From assembly GCA_028023455.1 (NCBI GenBank), contig JAQFVV010000005.1:20336001-20400000 (forward strand): a DNA stretch of 64,000 bases, in the 5' to 3' direction. A program made the position numbers and the translations under genes. Shown here in pieces: positions 45,095-58,659 of this stretch; position 1 is the stretch's first letter; each line of letters opens with the position of its first letter. The notes under the pieces were generated by a model, which ran no database searches, had not been told where the DNA came from, and was given only the letters and a program-made list of their open reading frames with translations. The stretch comes from Epiperipatus broadwayi. Lineage: Eukaryota; Animalia; Onychophora.

Positions 45095-47433
45095 TTGTTA
45101 CGGTAATTATTTTTGTTCCAAAGTTGTTTTCATTCATGTGATAATAGTTTTAATTTAACTCTCTCATCACGAATTTTTAAAACCATTTTTGGTCTCAAAA
45201 TGATTTTTTTAACATTCAAAATTATATATATATATATTTACATTCTAGTTATACACTTAAAATTCTAACATTTTTAATACAGATTAAAAAATGTAATATT
45301 TCAATATATATATATCATGAAAATCAGTAAAATTTTGACCTACTAAATTATGTATTTGTACTTAAATCAGTAAAATATTTGATTTAGTAAATTATGGATA
45401 TATAATTGAAATTCTAACACTTTGAAATATTTGTACTTATAAAAGAAATAAATACTATAAAATATTGCAATATTTTAAAATTAAAAAAGAGAGATTTGGA
45501 AAATACTTGCCAAAATTATTTGTACAAGTTTATACTGTTCGTGTGAAATATTTATAAAATCAAACAAAAATATTTTTTACTTACCTATGAAACTATATTA
45601 TAGTGTGCAAGTAAAATTGAAATATATATATATTTTACCAAAAAAAAAAAAGACTTTTGTAAGATAGAACAAATTTTATTTTCAAAAACTGGAAACAAAA
45701 TAGAGGATTTTTTTTACTGTCCACACATGCTAACTAGAAAAAGTGTACAAATTAATATTGTTTCCTAATTGCAGCTGCCACCTAGACAAAATTAATAAAA
45801 AATGAAAGTACTATAAATGTATTAATGAATAAATCTCAAGAACTATGTGACTTATTCAAATATTAGGCAGCTAAAATATCATTTTTTTTATAGACGCAAA
45901 CTGTAAAAACCATAGTTTTCAACAGCATTAATAAAAAAAACAGGGTTTTATTTTTAATAATTATATATTTTTAGAATGATTTAAATTTATATCATGTGAA
46001 GTAAGAAAAAAGTTACATTATTTTGGTTATTAAACATGTATTTAGATATAAATATAACTAAAATATTAAAACAGGCAAAACTCTCCATACAGTAGTGCCA
46101 CCCAGTGCCAACCTGTGCAAGCATAAGAAATGGTGATCATGTGATAAGTAAAATATATTAAATTATTCTAATTAATATAAAAAGATTTGTTTTTATTTCC
46201 TTAAAAAATGTATAGATTTTACAATTTCCCAGTTTTTAGTTAAATTTAAAATTAATTTTAACAATAATTTTAATAGAAAAGTTTTATTTTGTTGCAAACG
46301 TTATTCAAATTGAAGACCATATATGTGAAACATTAAATTTTACAAAGTTAGCCTCCATTTAATAATGTAACTTGGCCACAGAAGGCTTGATGATTTTATA
46401 ATGTGGTGGAATGATAATGATTGAACCCCATCACAAGTTAGTGGTGGTTAGCTCTATAAATATTAATACACTAATGAGCTAAAATATTTTAAAATAAACA
46501 AACATAGATTCAGATTAAAAATATATATTTGTAGATATAATATATACATACACATGATATGTATAATTTATTCAAATGTAATAAAATATATACTTGAAAA
46601 ATTTTATTTTTATGTGCACAAATATTTTCTTCTTTTTTGCATTACAAAGAAAAATTCTGTATATATATTTATCTATCTAGAAAATTTAAAAAAATAAAAA
46701 TTTAGCCATTTTTTAATTTTTATTATCTTGTAAAATTAATTAATTAGAATGAGTAAAATTATCAAAGATGTTTTTTTTATGGCCATATGATATTTCTTTT
46801 GTGAAGAAAAAATAATTTTGTTTTTTTCTCTTATCAAAGCTAGAGAATAGAAAAAAATATATTTTCTTTTTTTTTGTGTGTGTGTGTGTATTGATTAGAT
46901 ATTTTATTTTGTCAATTAATCAAAAAAATTTTCTGAGAATTTAATTAGAAAAAAATAATGATAAGAAAAAGCAGGCTGACAGCAATTTCTTTTCATGTGT
47001 GTCGCTATAAATTAGGTTTTAAAACTAAAGTAGGGAGATTGGTTCTTAGATTGTTATGTAGCAGAGAGAAAATGGCATGTTGCACTGCTGAAAAAAAAAC
47101 TTTGATGAAAAAAGTTAATTGAAGCTTGGTCTTGACATTCCTGGAATTATGGTAAAACTGCCCAATTATATATCATTATGGAATGCCAAAAATTGCTTGC
47201 AGGTAATAAACATCATTATTGAATGTATTATGAATTCTTGCCATGCAAAAATGCTATTTTATAGAATTATTAAAAAAAGCAATATGGAGTAGAACTCATT
47301 TTAATCCATGGACCTTTTTTCCTTGTCAACATGTGAGCCTATACATAATTGTTCTGTACGCAAATGCCTGCCTAATGGAAAAAATGATCCTGTAAAGTAA
47401 ATCTAAATCCTTGTACCTCCTGTTTTACAGTTT

Positions 47434-48758
47434 TGGTTGTGTTCTGATCTATCGTGTCAGCCACTTAATGGCATTGATGCTAAGCAAAAACACATTGATA
47501 TAACATTCCTGGGCCAGCCATTCTTTACAACTATGATATCCATAAAATTAAAAATTAAAAATATATATATATAAATGTAAGCAGACTTTTTGGAACAGTA
47601 ATTAATCAGAGACTGACTTTTTTGTGTGTGTGTGTGTGTGTCGATAAAAAAAGTACATTACTTCCCAATACCAAATAATAATACATTAGAGACTTTTTTG
47701 GACAGTAATTCCAATAAAATTTTACAATGAAAGACAACTTTGACCTTTTTGGGACAGTAATTAATTTGGACAGTAATTAATAAGGGACGGGCTTCTTTTT
47801 TTTTTTTTGTTACTTTGCATATTGGAAAAGTTACAGTACTTTTTAAATACAATATTAAATTACATTTTATCCTTTTTTTTCAGGCAGTAATTAATCAGAC
47901 ACTGTGTTTGGGGGGTAAAATTAAATTATATTGCATGCTTTTTGATGTGTATATATAAAATTACATTACTTTTTTAATAACAAATAATAGTAAATGTAGC
48001 AGAGACTTATTTGGATACTAGTTAATCAGAGACGGGCTTGTTTGGTTTTTTACATTTCGGAAAAGTTATGGTAGTTTTTTAAGAAAAAATTAAATCACAT
48101 TTTATCTTTTTTTAGGACAGTAATTAATCAGACACTGCATTTTTGGAGGTAACTAAATTCGATTGCAATTTACCAAATAAGGTTATTAATAATAATAACA
48201 AACTATTATAATGAAATCTGACTCCGGTGTCTGGCAAGTGGCAATTTTGAGAGTTGGAAGCAGCCATCTTCCCTGTCTCGGACGATTTCTCGCGATACGT
48301 TACTTACATCATGATTTTCAAAATAGTGCTGTGCCCCACCTTAAAATCCAATTTGTAATGCTAACACAGTCCTGATGGAACAGTTACAACACTGTTAAAA
48401 GTGTTAGAAGGTACCAGTAGGTCAGTTCACATGAAACAAAAAAAGGTTGATATGAAAAGTTAAATTATTTAGACATGATGCAGTCAACACACCGTCACCC
48501 AATACTATAGTGAAAATATACAACCCAGCATTACGATAACAACCAACTATGGCAGCTAATAAAGGCATTTTTCTGTGCTTTTAGCATAGAAAAGAAGCAA
48601 CAGTGGTAGTCGGCAGCTAAGTAAACTGACTCTTTCTGTGTTTTATCATAGAAAGAAAGCTATCTGCTTGGCTGTGGCTGTGAAAACCGCATATTTGTAG
48701 CAATTTAGCTAAAAATAGTGCCATCAAGAAGCTGACATGATAGATCAGAACACAACCA
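47434..48758. mobile_element. Second non-autonomous TIR element with TGGTTG termini and 6-bp TSD
   Basis: 40-bp TIRs, 36/40 identical (TGGTTGTGTTCTGATCTATC…). Flanks CAGTTT (47428-47433) and TAGTTT (48759-48764). About 7 internal GGACAGTAATT(AATCAGA) motifs and a ~230-bp tandem duplication. Confidence 0.8.
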
Positions 48759-49139
48759 TAGTTTTACACATGAAGAGTATGCTGAAAGTTTTGAATTGTG
48801 AGTTAATTTTTTTTTTAAAAGATAAAAAAGGATAAAAAAATCAACAAATGAAAACATTTTCTTATTAGAACCATTGAAGAGAACTCTAGATATTTCTTTA
48901 TTTTATTTAAATTTATAAAGCAATACATATGAATGTGTTTGCATGTATATGGGATAATATAATTTTATGTTAAACCTACCAAATTTATAACCATAATTTT
49001 TTTTTTGTATATGCAGTTGATAATTAAATGAAATGCTAATTATTTTATTTTGCATAGTAATATTTAATCTTTAAAAGTCAATATTATTATAATTATTTGT
49101 TAATTTATGATAATATATTTATGTGTATATAACCACATA

Positions 49140-49330
49140 TCTTCATCACATGATCACTATCGCTTATACTAGCACATATGTAATGCTCTCAGATCCAAGG
49201 CTCCTCACTGACGAAGGCCACAAGCCAGAAACTAGTCTGGGAATATTGGATGAGTAGGCACTAGATAGGGATTTTATGCACACACTTTCTGGCATCCATT
49301 GATTACTCTGTTTGGCACAGGGTGTATGGA
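49140..49330 (+). mobile_element. Family-C fragment with hammerhead motif
   Basis: CTCA-CTGACGA-A-GGC-CACAA-GCC-A-GAAA-CTAG-TC-TGGG (49204-49241). Palindrome ACTAGT; A.A mismatch at the base of stem II. Confidence 0.75.
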
Positions 49331-49889
49331 GAGTTTTGCCTTGTCATATATCTTCATGTAACTCAAAGATAATGGGGAGTTTTTCACTAATATCTAGTTA
49401 TATATATATATATATATATCTATAAATGGTTATTTGGGTTTTAAGTGATGATTATGGCTTTTCTTTGTTTTATTAATACTAATAAATTAATCATTAAGTT
49501 GAGTCAACATTTGGTGTTCAATTTATCCACTCATCTCCATGGTAAATACAAATTATAAATTTTGTTTTGTTTTGTATATATTTATACTGTGTACAACTCT
49601 TCTTGAGAGTTTAATAGTATTACTAAGCTTGAACTTGGGGATATGCTGTAGATTACAGCAGATTAATGTCCTATAAGGACTATTTTAGAGGATTCTTTCT
49701 CCGAAAAGGAGAAAGTGGTGCATAGAATTAATAAGATTCAGACTTTATAAAAATACTTTATTAATGGCAAGTTTTGCTGATTATTAAAATAATTGATACC
49801 AAAAATATGATCAGAAAATATAATTAATGATATTAGTTTGATACACTTTTAATAACATAGATTTTTATTTTCAGTAGTTCTAATTTATA

Positions 49890-50385
49890 TTATATAGGGG
49901 CTTTGAACTCAGACTTTCATATAACCCTCAACTATCCATGCTATCTCAGACTGCTGACACACTTGATCATATTGAAAAGATAAATAATCACCAATATACA
50001 TACTTTATGCTAAACCAGCAATCGTCAATTGGACCAGATTATCATCTCCACACATATATACAGTCAATGCTCAGCTTATATTAAGAGTTGTGGGGTGGGG
50101 TGGATTGAAGCCTGTACATTAAATTATGAAGATTGGCTATCTTAATACAAGCTGAGCATTGATTGTATATATGTACAGAGATGATAATTTGGACCAACGA
50201 CAAGTGCTAGTTTAGCAAGAAATATGTATATTAGTGATTTATTTATCTTTTCAACACATGTGTGATCAAGTGTGTCAACAGTATGAGATAGCATGGATAG
50301 TTGAGGGTCATGTAAAAGTCTGAGATCAAACCCCTATTTTTACATATTGGAGTGCAGTATGAAAAAGCCTGTACTTTAGAAAAAA
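49890..50385. mobile_element. Family-A fold-back (arms ~190 bp)
   Basis: About 49893-50086 and 50138-50337 are inverted copies, each with a degenerate hammerhead. Confidence 0.85.
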
Positions 50386-50779
50386 AATTATATATTTATA
50401 GATCTATTTTAATTAGTTTGAAATAATATCATATGCAGATTGCAGATGTATTACAATGTTGATCTGTGTTCTCCACATGTGACACTCCTATAATAGTAAT
50501 TTAAATAAATTAAATGTGGATTTCATTGTATAGAAATTTATACATCCTGTGTAGGTTTTATATTAGATTGTGTAGGGTTATAAATTAGAAGATGGTAGTA
50601 TGAGTACATGGAGTAAGTTCCTTGTACAATAAAGAAGAGTATTTTGGATTTGGGTGTGTAATTAAATGAAGCACTTTCTATCAGACCAATGGAATAAGAA
50701 TGTTGCATTTGCATTAATTATGTAATCATTAAATAATGGCAAAAATTGACTAAATACAATGGAGAAAATATTAAATAAG

Positions 50780-51965
50780 AGTACTAAACTCTCCATACAG
50801 TAGTGCCACATAGTGCAAGCCTTCATAATCAATGGATGCAGGAAAGTTTGTGCATAAATTCTTTATCTAGTGCCTACTAATCCAACATCCCAGACTAGTT
50901 TCAGGTGCCTTTGATTAGGAGCACTGCACCTACATCTTAGGATCTAATGTAACCCCCAGAAGCTGCCTTTTTACCTATTTGGTTAACTATAAAGCTAGGA
51001 GCCCAAGATTAAAAACCATAATGTTTCCAATCTAAGATCATTCATTTGTATACTCATACAGATCTGAATTAAGTTTAGCATGTATTCAATTTAGTGTCTT
51101 TGGTTTTTAAAAACCCACAGTCACCATTATCCTATGGGCAGGATAGAAATAAAACCATCAAAATATCACACAAACACCATTTTATGCTTACACATATTGT
51201 TTACTAAACTCTCCATATAGTAGTACTCATCAAGTGCAAGCCTTCATAATAAATGGATGCAGAAAGGTTTGTACATAAAATCTCTACCTAGTGCATATTC
51301 ATCCAACATCTCCAGACTAGTTTCTTAATTCAAGGCTCATCAAAGCCACAAGCTAGAAACTAGTCTGGGATGTTGGATAAGTAAGCACTATATTGGGATT
51401 TTATGCAAAAACCTTCCTGCATCCATTGATTATGAAGGCTTGCACTTGGTGGAACTACAGTATGAAGAGTTTAGTACTCATATTAACAGGATGTGTTCAC
51501 ATATAAAATGGTGATCATGTGATGTTTTGATGGTTTTATATCTATCTTGCCCTTAGGATAATGGTGACTGTGGTTCTTGAAAAACCAAAGACATCAAAAT
51601 GTATAGATGCTGAAATGAGTTCAGATCTATATGACTATACCAATAAATGAGATAGGGTTGGAAACTATGGTGTTTTCATCTTGGGCTTCTAGCTTTATAG
51701 CTAACCAAATAGACAAAATGTAGCTTCTGGAGAGTTGCATTAGATCCTAAGATCTGGGTGCAGTGCTCTCAATTCATGACTCCTCACTTATGAAAGCCAT
51801 AAGCTAGAAACTAGTCTGGAATGTTGGATAAGTAGGCACTAGATGGGGATTTTATGCACAAATCTTCCTGCATCCATTCATTGTGAAGGCTTGCACTTGG
51901 TGACACTACTGTATGGAGAGTTTAGTACTCTTATTAACAGCATGTATAAGCATATGAAATAGTGA
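50780..51965. mobile_element. Family-C palindromic array: two minus-strand and two plus-strand units centred on the hammerhead region
   Basis: CCAGACTAGTTTC at 50890 and 51312; GAAACTAGTCTGG at 51356 and 51807 (periods ~420-450 bp). The inversion centre is at about 51325-51355. Confidence 0.85.
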
Positions 51966-52319
51966 TGTTTTGATTCTTTGAGAAAATATTGTGGAGATTG
52001 CAAATACTTTGCAAAATAACATTAATATGAAGGGCTCTGTAAAATAGCTATTGTCACAGTCTACATAACAGTTAAGGTTTTTTTTTATTAATTAAATCAA
52101 CTTTTTTGAATTAATGTGCAATACAAAAAGATGTTCTATTTTCACCCAGATCATCTACACAAAATCATTTTCATGAACTAAAATTGAGTACTGATTTTAA
52201 AATGGCATATTATTCAAATTATTTTCATCATATATATTTTGCAAATCAGGAAGAGATAATAATTCGTAAAAGTTAAGTTCACTACTTCTTGAATTCCTTT
52301 GATTTTAACCATCTTATTC

Positions 52320-52565
52320 ATTGAGTTGGGCTGGACATATTGCTAGAAGAGATAATAGTAGATGGACAATTTAAATCTTAAACTGGATTCCAAGAGATTG
52401 TAAAAGACCCAGAAAGAGACCACGTGAGATGGGTGGATGAAATAAGAAAGTGTGCAGGAATGATGTGGAGAAGAGAAGCTAAAGATCGGAAAAGATGGAT
52501 TGAACTTGTAGAGACCTTCATCCTGCAGTGGATTGATAATGGTTGATAATGATGATGATGATTTA
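52320..52565 (+). pseudogene. RTE-type LINE 3' end (same family as 36720-37020)
   Basis: SWAGHIARRDNSRWTI*ILNWIPRDCKRPRKRP…RKCAGMMWRREAKDRKRWIEL.ETFILQWIDNG plus (GAT)n. Confidence 0.85.
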
Positions 52566-53672
52566 TTTCAGAGTGTATGTTTAGAGTTAATGGAGAAACA
52601 TCTTATAAAATACAATATAGATGACATTGAAATAAAATCAACAATGAAGCTAAAGATATTTATGATAACAGTAGAGAAAGATTACTATTCAAAACTAAAA
52701 TAAAAAATATGAGACAGAGGAACAAACTAAGAAGACAAGAAAAGATTTAAATTTATTCCATGATTTATTTTTGGATGTCAATCAGAAAGTGTTATATCAT
52801 TTACTATTAGAATATAACAGGAAAGAAAATGGTAACATTGTGATATATATAATTAGGCAAAAAATAATGGTAAAATTATTATTAATTTTGTTTTTAAAGC
52901 GGCTGAAAAATATCTGAGAAATTAAGAATAGTATGGAAAAAAACAAAAATTTTTGTAAAATACAGTGAAAGAAATATTAAGTATGGACAATAGTTTTATA
53001 AATCCGATATCTCAATAATTGGGCTTTGGACAAGGAATAACTGTGATACGTCATCTCTCACTCATAAATTATTCTTCGACAGGGTAAAAGATTTTACGTA
53101 TTATTGTCATTTATGACAGAGCGTATCTTTCTTAAAATTAGAAATAAAAAAAATATAATTCAAAACAATTTTGTTTGTAGTTTTTTTTCTCTCTTTGGCT
53201 GAGTGAACCAATAAAACCAATTACTAGTAAATGAATAGAAATCAATTTATGTCTCATTTTTATTAGTTTTTTAACTTCTCTTTTTTAATTAAAACTGGCC
53301 TCTGTCAGATATAATCAAATTCTGAAATTATACGTATAAAACATTTAAAAAGGAACAGAAACAAAGAAAATGATTGTAAAAATAAATCACACTAAAATAA
53401 AGTAGATTAGGTCAACATTTTGTATAAAAGGTGATCCCCTATCTTTTCACAATCCAGTATTGTATTGTATTCATGAGATTTTTATTTTAATTTTACTCTT
53501 GAATATATTATTTGTCTGGCTTTTATTTATGTTATTTCATTCAATTTTTTATTACTTCGCTTATACTAAAAACATTAAAAAAAATCTTTTATACAGAAGC
53601 GGTTCTTAATGTTAGTAAATTAATACCAACAACAATACCACATTACTTCCGGCAAGGGCCACTCCTATGATT

Positions 53673-53770
53673 GAGGTTGGTGGCCTAGTGGTTAGCATAG
53701 CTGCCTTCCAAGTAGCTAGGCCCGGGTTCGCTTCCCAGTCAACGCATTTGACATGGGGGGGGGGGGAGAA
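53673..53770 (+). pseudogene. tRNA-Gly(TCC)-like SINE copy or tRNA pseudogene, copy 7
   Basis: Closest copy to canonical tRNA-Gly(TCC): GTTGGTGG..TAGTGGTTAGCATAGCTGCCTTCCAAG…CCCGGGTTCG.TTCCC..CAACGCA, anticodon TCC at 53707-53709. The acceptor stem is mispaired, and it carries the family TTTGACAT + G-rich tail. Confidence 0.8.
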
Positions 53771-55885
53771 AGGAAGATAAAAGAAACCTGAAAAGGAAAT
53801 AGTGACCAATTTCATTAGAAATAGTAGTAATTATTAAGATGATAGTATTCATTCATCTTTCATTCGATCTCAGATAAATACTCTCTTTCTTCAATGACAA
53901 AAATCTTCAGCCAACAGAATATTACCAGAGATGACCATAACAGTAGGAAATCACAAATATTTAATTTAGTAGCTTTTACGAATCTGTTCGGATTTATTTT
54001 CAATTGAGTGTGTTAGTCTACCATCTATTGAACAATATGTGCTTGTTAGCACTCATGTAATCCCTCCCATCATCATTACAAACGATCAATTGCAAATGAA
54101 TAGGACCATAATATAATCATTATAAACATTAGGAGTCAATAAATTAAAACATAATCAGATAGTTATTGCTTGGGAATTCATAATAATCTTAAGCACTGGA
54201 ACTGACCTGATTGGCTTCTATCCATGAACCTTGGGATCTGGAGTCTCCCTCTCTACCACTGCAGTGTATTCAGAGGAAATAAAAAAATAATCAAATAGCT
54301 TATCACTCAAGAAAGTTTAAGCATCAGATGTGATATATGGTCAACTCCAAAATCTACTAACTTTAACCATGAATCAAGTTATGCAGAACATTAAGAGTCA
54401 TGAAGAAATAAAAGTAAATGTTAGAAAGATTATATATAAAATTCATTTATTCCGTGAATAAAATAAACTGTGATGACAATCTACTGTTATTGAGAAAAGA
54501 TCTTTAAATCATACTTTATTTAATAGCCACCCATAGTTAAGTGCAATAATAAATAATGGGCTTGAAAACCCAAGGTTTCAGGACCATCATTTAGTTTGTC
54601 ATTTTCAGTATTGAATATCATGTGACTTTCCAAGAGTCTAGTCATTCCATTTTTTATTTAGGGATATTAGCCCAAGAAATAATTACCAACCTCAATACAT
54701 TTCTTTTACTTTTTAAAAATTTCATTTTAAAAGCTACAATATTTAGACCTAAACATGTCAGCCCAATTGTGACAGTTACAGGTTTTAGAGCTGAAGCATT
54801 CCAAATTGCTTCTCATCAATAAAGAAGTAAAAAACAAAGAGTGCAGTGAATTACTAATTATACTCAGTGGGTCACTTTGATTTGCAAATCTCCCATAATC
54901 TTATGAATAACTGGCATACAATAAATGAAACAATTAAAATTAATAATACTATAGTATCTTCTTGTAGCATGCTCTTTTCAATACATTTTTTGTTATTTCT
55001 TGTAACCGTGATATTACATTTTTTTCTATGAGTCACATGATGCCAATATTAAGACATTTGGCACTAATAAAAAAAAAAAACAATAAAAAATGTCTCTGGC
55101 GACAATGGAGTGTTCATGTATTATTTGAACACCGAAAGGCTCTCCAGTCAATAAAAATCTGTATTTCATCACATCACTCCTAGTGTCACTTATATCAAAA
55201 ACAAATGGTAATAAATAATCGAATGATTTGTTGCTTGGGAGGTTCTAAGAAGTTCGAGCACTGAAAGGGACTGAACGAAGTCTCACTACATTAAATTAGT
55301 ACATATTTAATAATATAATACACCGATCAAGTATTTGCTTAATATTTAATCACAAAAGGTTTTTTAGAATCAACAAACCTGCTTTCCATATCACTTAATG
55401 TACATATATTACTTGATAGATTTCTTTAAATTTAATTTTGCTTATTAATACCTTTCAACAAATTCAGAGGATTTCATCTAAAAATTATTTTTAAAATGAT
55501 TGACGGGATGAGGCAGCGCTACCATTTAGACAGATGGTTTATTTATTTATGTTGCTTTTTTGTAGCAATTCATCTACTTAGCGATATCAATTCCTTAATA
55601 ATTTATTTTTCCGTATCATTATAATATATCAACTTAATTACCTGACAACCGGTTGCATTGAACGTGTTATCAATATAATGAGGCGAGTTAAAACTATCAT
55701 ATTCGTTTTAATCATTTTTTTGGATGATTTAAAATAAGGAAAAAAATCACAGTAAATACAGTTGGTGGAAATTAATATTGCCATTATTTACTTGGAAGCA
55801 ATTAATAAAGTACAAATTACGAAAACATACACAAATTAAGTTTCAGTTGGAAATGAGACTAAAAAAAATGTAGACTAAATATAAA

Positions 55886-56556
55886 AATATTTGAAATACA
55901 GGCATTCTTCATATACCTGCAATTTAAGTGTAAATATAGGGATTTGAACTCAGACTTTCAAGCATCCTTCAACTATCCACACTATCTCATACCACTGATA
56001 CGCATGACCACACACATGTAGAAAAGATAAATAATCACCAATATATGTATTTCGTGCTAAACCAGCACTCATCAAATGGTCCAGATTATCATCTCCCCCC
56101 CACATATATATATATATAATCAGTGCTCAGTTTATATTAAGATAGAAAATCTTCATACTTAATGGAAAGGCTTCAATCTACTCCAACCTCCAACTTCTCA
56201 GACATCCATACAATTGAAAATCTGATAATGGCAAGACAAATCCCATGCTGATGCCAATATTATTGCCATGCCCATGTTGACCTCAAGTTACTCTGACCCC
56301 CATGTATAGGGCCTTATCCATTTAAATGCATAGAAAGAGGGATGGGCAGGATACAGGCTTAATGTGTAAATATTTGAAATACAGACATTCTTAATATACC
56401 AGGGACAATTAAGTTCCAGGTATATGAAGAATGTCTGTATTTTAAATATTTGCACATTATCTTTTCTACATGTGTGTGGTCATGTGTTTCAGTGGTATGA
56501 GATAGTGTGGATAGTTGAAGGGTGCTTGAAAGTCTGAGTTCAAATCCCCTATATTT
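55886..56556. mobile_element. Family-A monomer (483-bp period) + inverted partial copy, 12-bp TSD
   Basis: ACTAAATATAAA at 55874-55885 and 56557-56568. Unit start repeated at about 55888 and 56371; inversion at ~56410. Minus-strand hammerhead TTGATGA-GTGCT-GGTTT-AGCAC-GAAA-TACATA-TA-TTGG (56076-56038). Confidence 0.85.
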
Positions 56557-58389
56557 ACTAAATATAAACCAAACAACACTAATTCTGGCTAATTTAAGTC
56601 AGAAACTGATATGATTCGAAGTCATCTAATCATTATCCATACTCACGTGCAAAGAAAAAATAATATAAAGTAAAACAATCTTTAAAAAGACATCCAAAAG
56701 ATTGCTCTAAAAGTTTTTTAAAAAACAGTGATAGAGAAAATATAACTCACCAGGAATCTCTAATTGCTTTATGATGAGAATTTGAGTGATTTACCATTTT
56801 TATTGTTGTACTCTTTAGCTAAAAACAGATTGATACCCATTTACTGATCAATATTGAACATTTAGATATTCTTAAATAATAGCTACCTATCTGAAAAAAA
56901 AAATGCTAAACCAAAATAAAACTTGAAAACATTTTCAAATTTCCCCAACCAGGTTTAAACCCATGTCATGAAGCATGGAAAGTGTATGTTACAATTGCAT
57001 CTTGTTTCTACATATTTAACATTAATGTTTGTTGCTGTTTTAACACAATTTGATTTAACATTTAATACATAAATCTCCATTTGATGATTTCTGATAACAT
57101 TGGTCTTATTGCTGAAGAAATACTTTAAAACTATAATGACAAAATAATTATAAGAGTTCTTCATTAGTAAAAACTCAGTTCCATAACAGAAGGATGGGAT
57201 GAACAACATTTTATTATGGCAACAGAGTATTCATAGCAGTCAGTCCCTTGGAGAGAATTTTTGAAAAATCTCTGAGTTGAATTCTGATTGAAGAAATAGG
57301 AAGAGATACACAATATCTGGCCAATTGCCTCCCACTTTAGTACTCAACCCATTTCACTTTTCAAACAATTGAACTTGCAAAAAAAAAGTTTTGCTCTGAG
57401 CTTTTGGTTCAATAGTATGAATGGCTTCCTCTAGAGTTTTATAAATACTTATTTTGTACTGGAAGCCACTTAAGTGCTAAATAAAAAATTAAATTTATCA
57501 CGTTATATAATATGTAAAAAAAATATTTTTTGTTTGATTCAAATTTTAAAAAAGATATAATACTAATTCATATTTTTTTCTTAAATTGTTGCAGTGATTG
57601 TAAGATTTTGAAATTTAGCAATTAAAATTCTGACCAACAGTATTTTATTTATGTATTTATACAGAAAAGGGACCTAAAATATTTGAATTGTTTTAATTTG
57701 AAATTGGGCATGTTTTTTGATAAGAATAATAAAATTTGTTTCAAGATTATTGTCCTGCAGTCATCTTCAGAGCTCTTATTTATATCTCCTTATAAAGAGA
57801 TATAAAAACAATATTCTGAAAGAATACTTTTAGACAGTCAAAACTGCCTTGTAATTGAAAGAAACTTATTCTAAAAAGAAAAGGAATGAATTTTTAGAGA
57901 TATATTTAATATAGGCAATATAGAAAGAATGAAAATCTGTTGAACATCATGAAAAGTCTTCATTTCACTGTTCTTATTTCTAAATTCTCTATATATCCAT
58001 ATTTAACTCTGTGAAGGAAGTGACAAACCTGTGATATACAAACACTTTTCATAGATATTGTTACATATAATGAGTATATGGGTTCAATGTAATAACTAGA
58101 TGCTAATTTTAAGCCATAATGTTTAATCTGTCAGTTTGAAAATACGTTTTGTAATGTTGGGATGCTTTCAAAATAAGGTGCTTACCAAACTATTTTCACA
58201 AGGGGTATGGTACAAGTATTTATACACTGAGTATGCCAATATTATTTACAATGATTTTTACAAAAAATCTAATTATTTATTGTTAAAAAACAATTTTTTG
58301 GTTATATTTTTAAAAGTAATATCTATGGTTATGTTATTTGAAAAATAATATATTCTTTATATTTTTATGGTTTTTTTTTTAAATTTAAA

Positions 58390-58659
58390 TACATAAGAAG
58401 AACTTGAACTCAGATTTTCAAGTTCCTCACAGCTATCCACTCCATCTTATACAACAAATAGACATGATCACATACATGTAAAAAAGATAAATGATCTCCA
58501 ATGCACATATTCCATGCTCAACCATCACTCATCAGTTAATCCAGATCATCATATCTCACACACACATATATACAATAGGTGCTCAGTTTATTTCAAGATT
58601 GCAAATCTTCCAAACTTTAATAGATAAGCTTTAATCTTCTCCACTCTCCAGCTATTCAT
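58390..58659 (-). mobile_element. Family-A partial copy
   Basis: GAACTTGAACTCAGATTTTCAAG…AGATAAATGATC…CATGCTCAACCATCACTCATCAG, with a degenerate hammerhead on the minus strand. Confidence 0.75.

Noticed and set aside
56510-56550. A second hammerhead in Family A (…GATAGTTGAAGGGTGCTTGAAAGTC…)
   Set aside because: No consistent CUGANGA core, stem II or stem III across copies.
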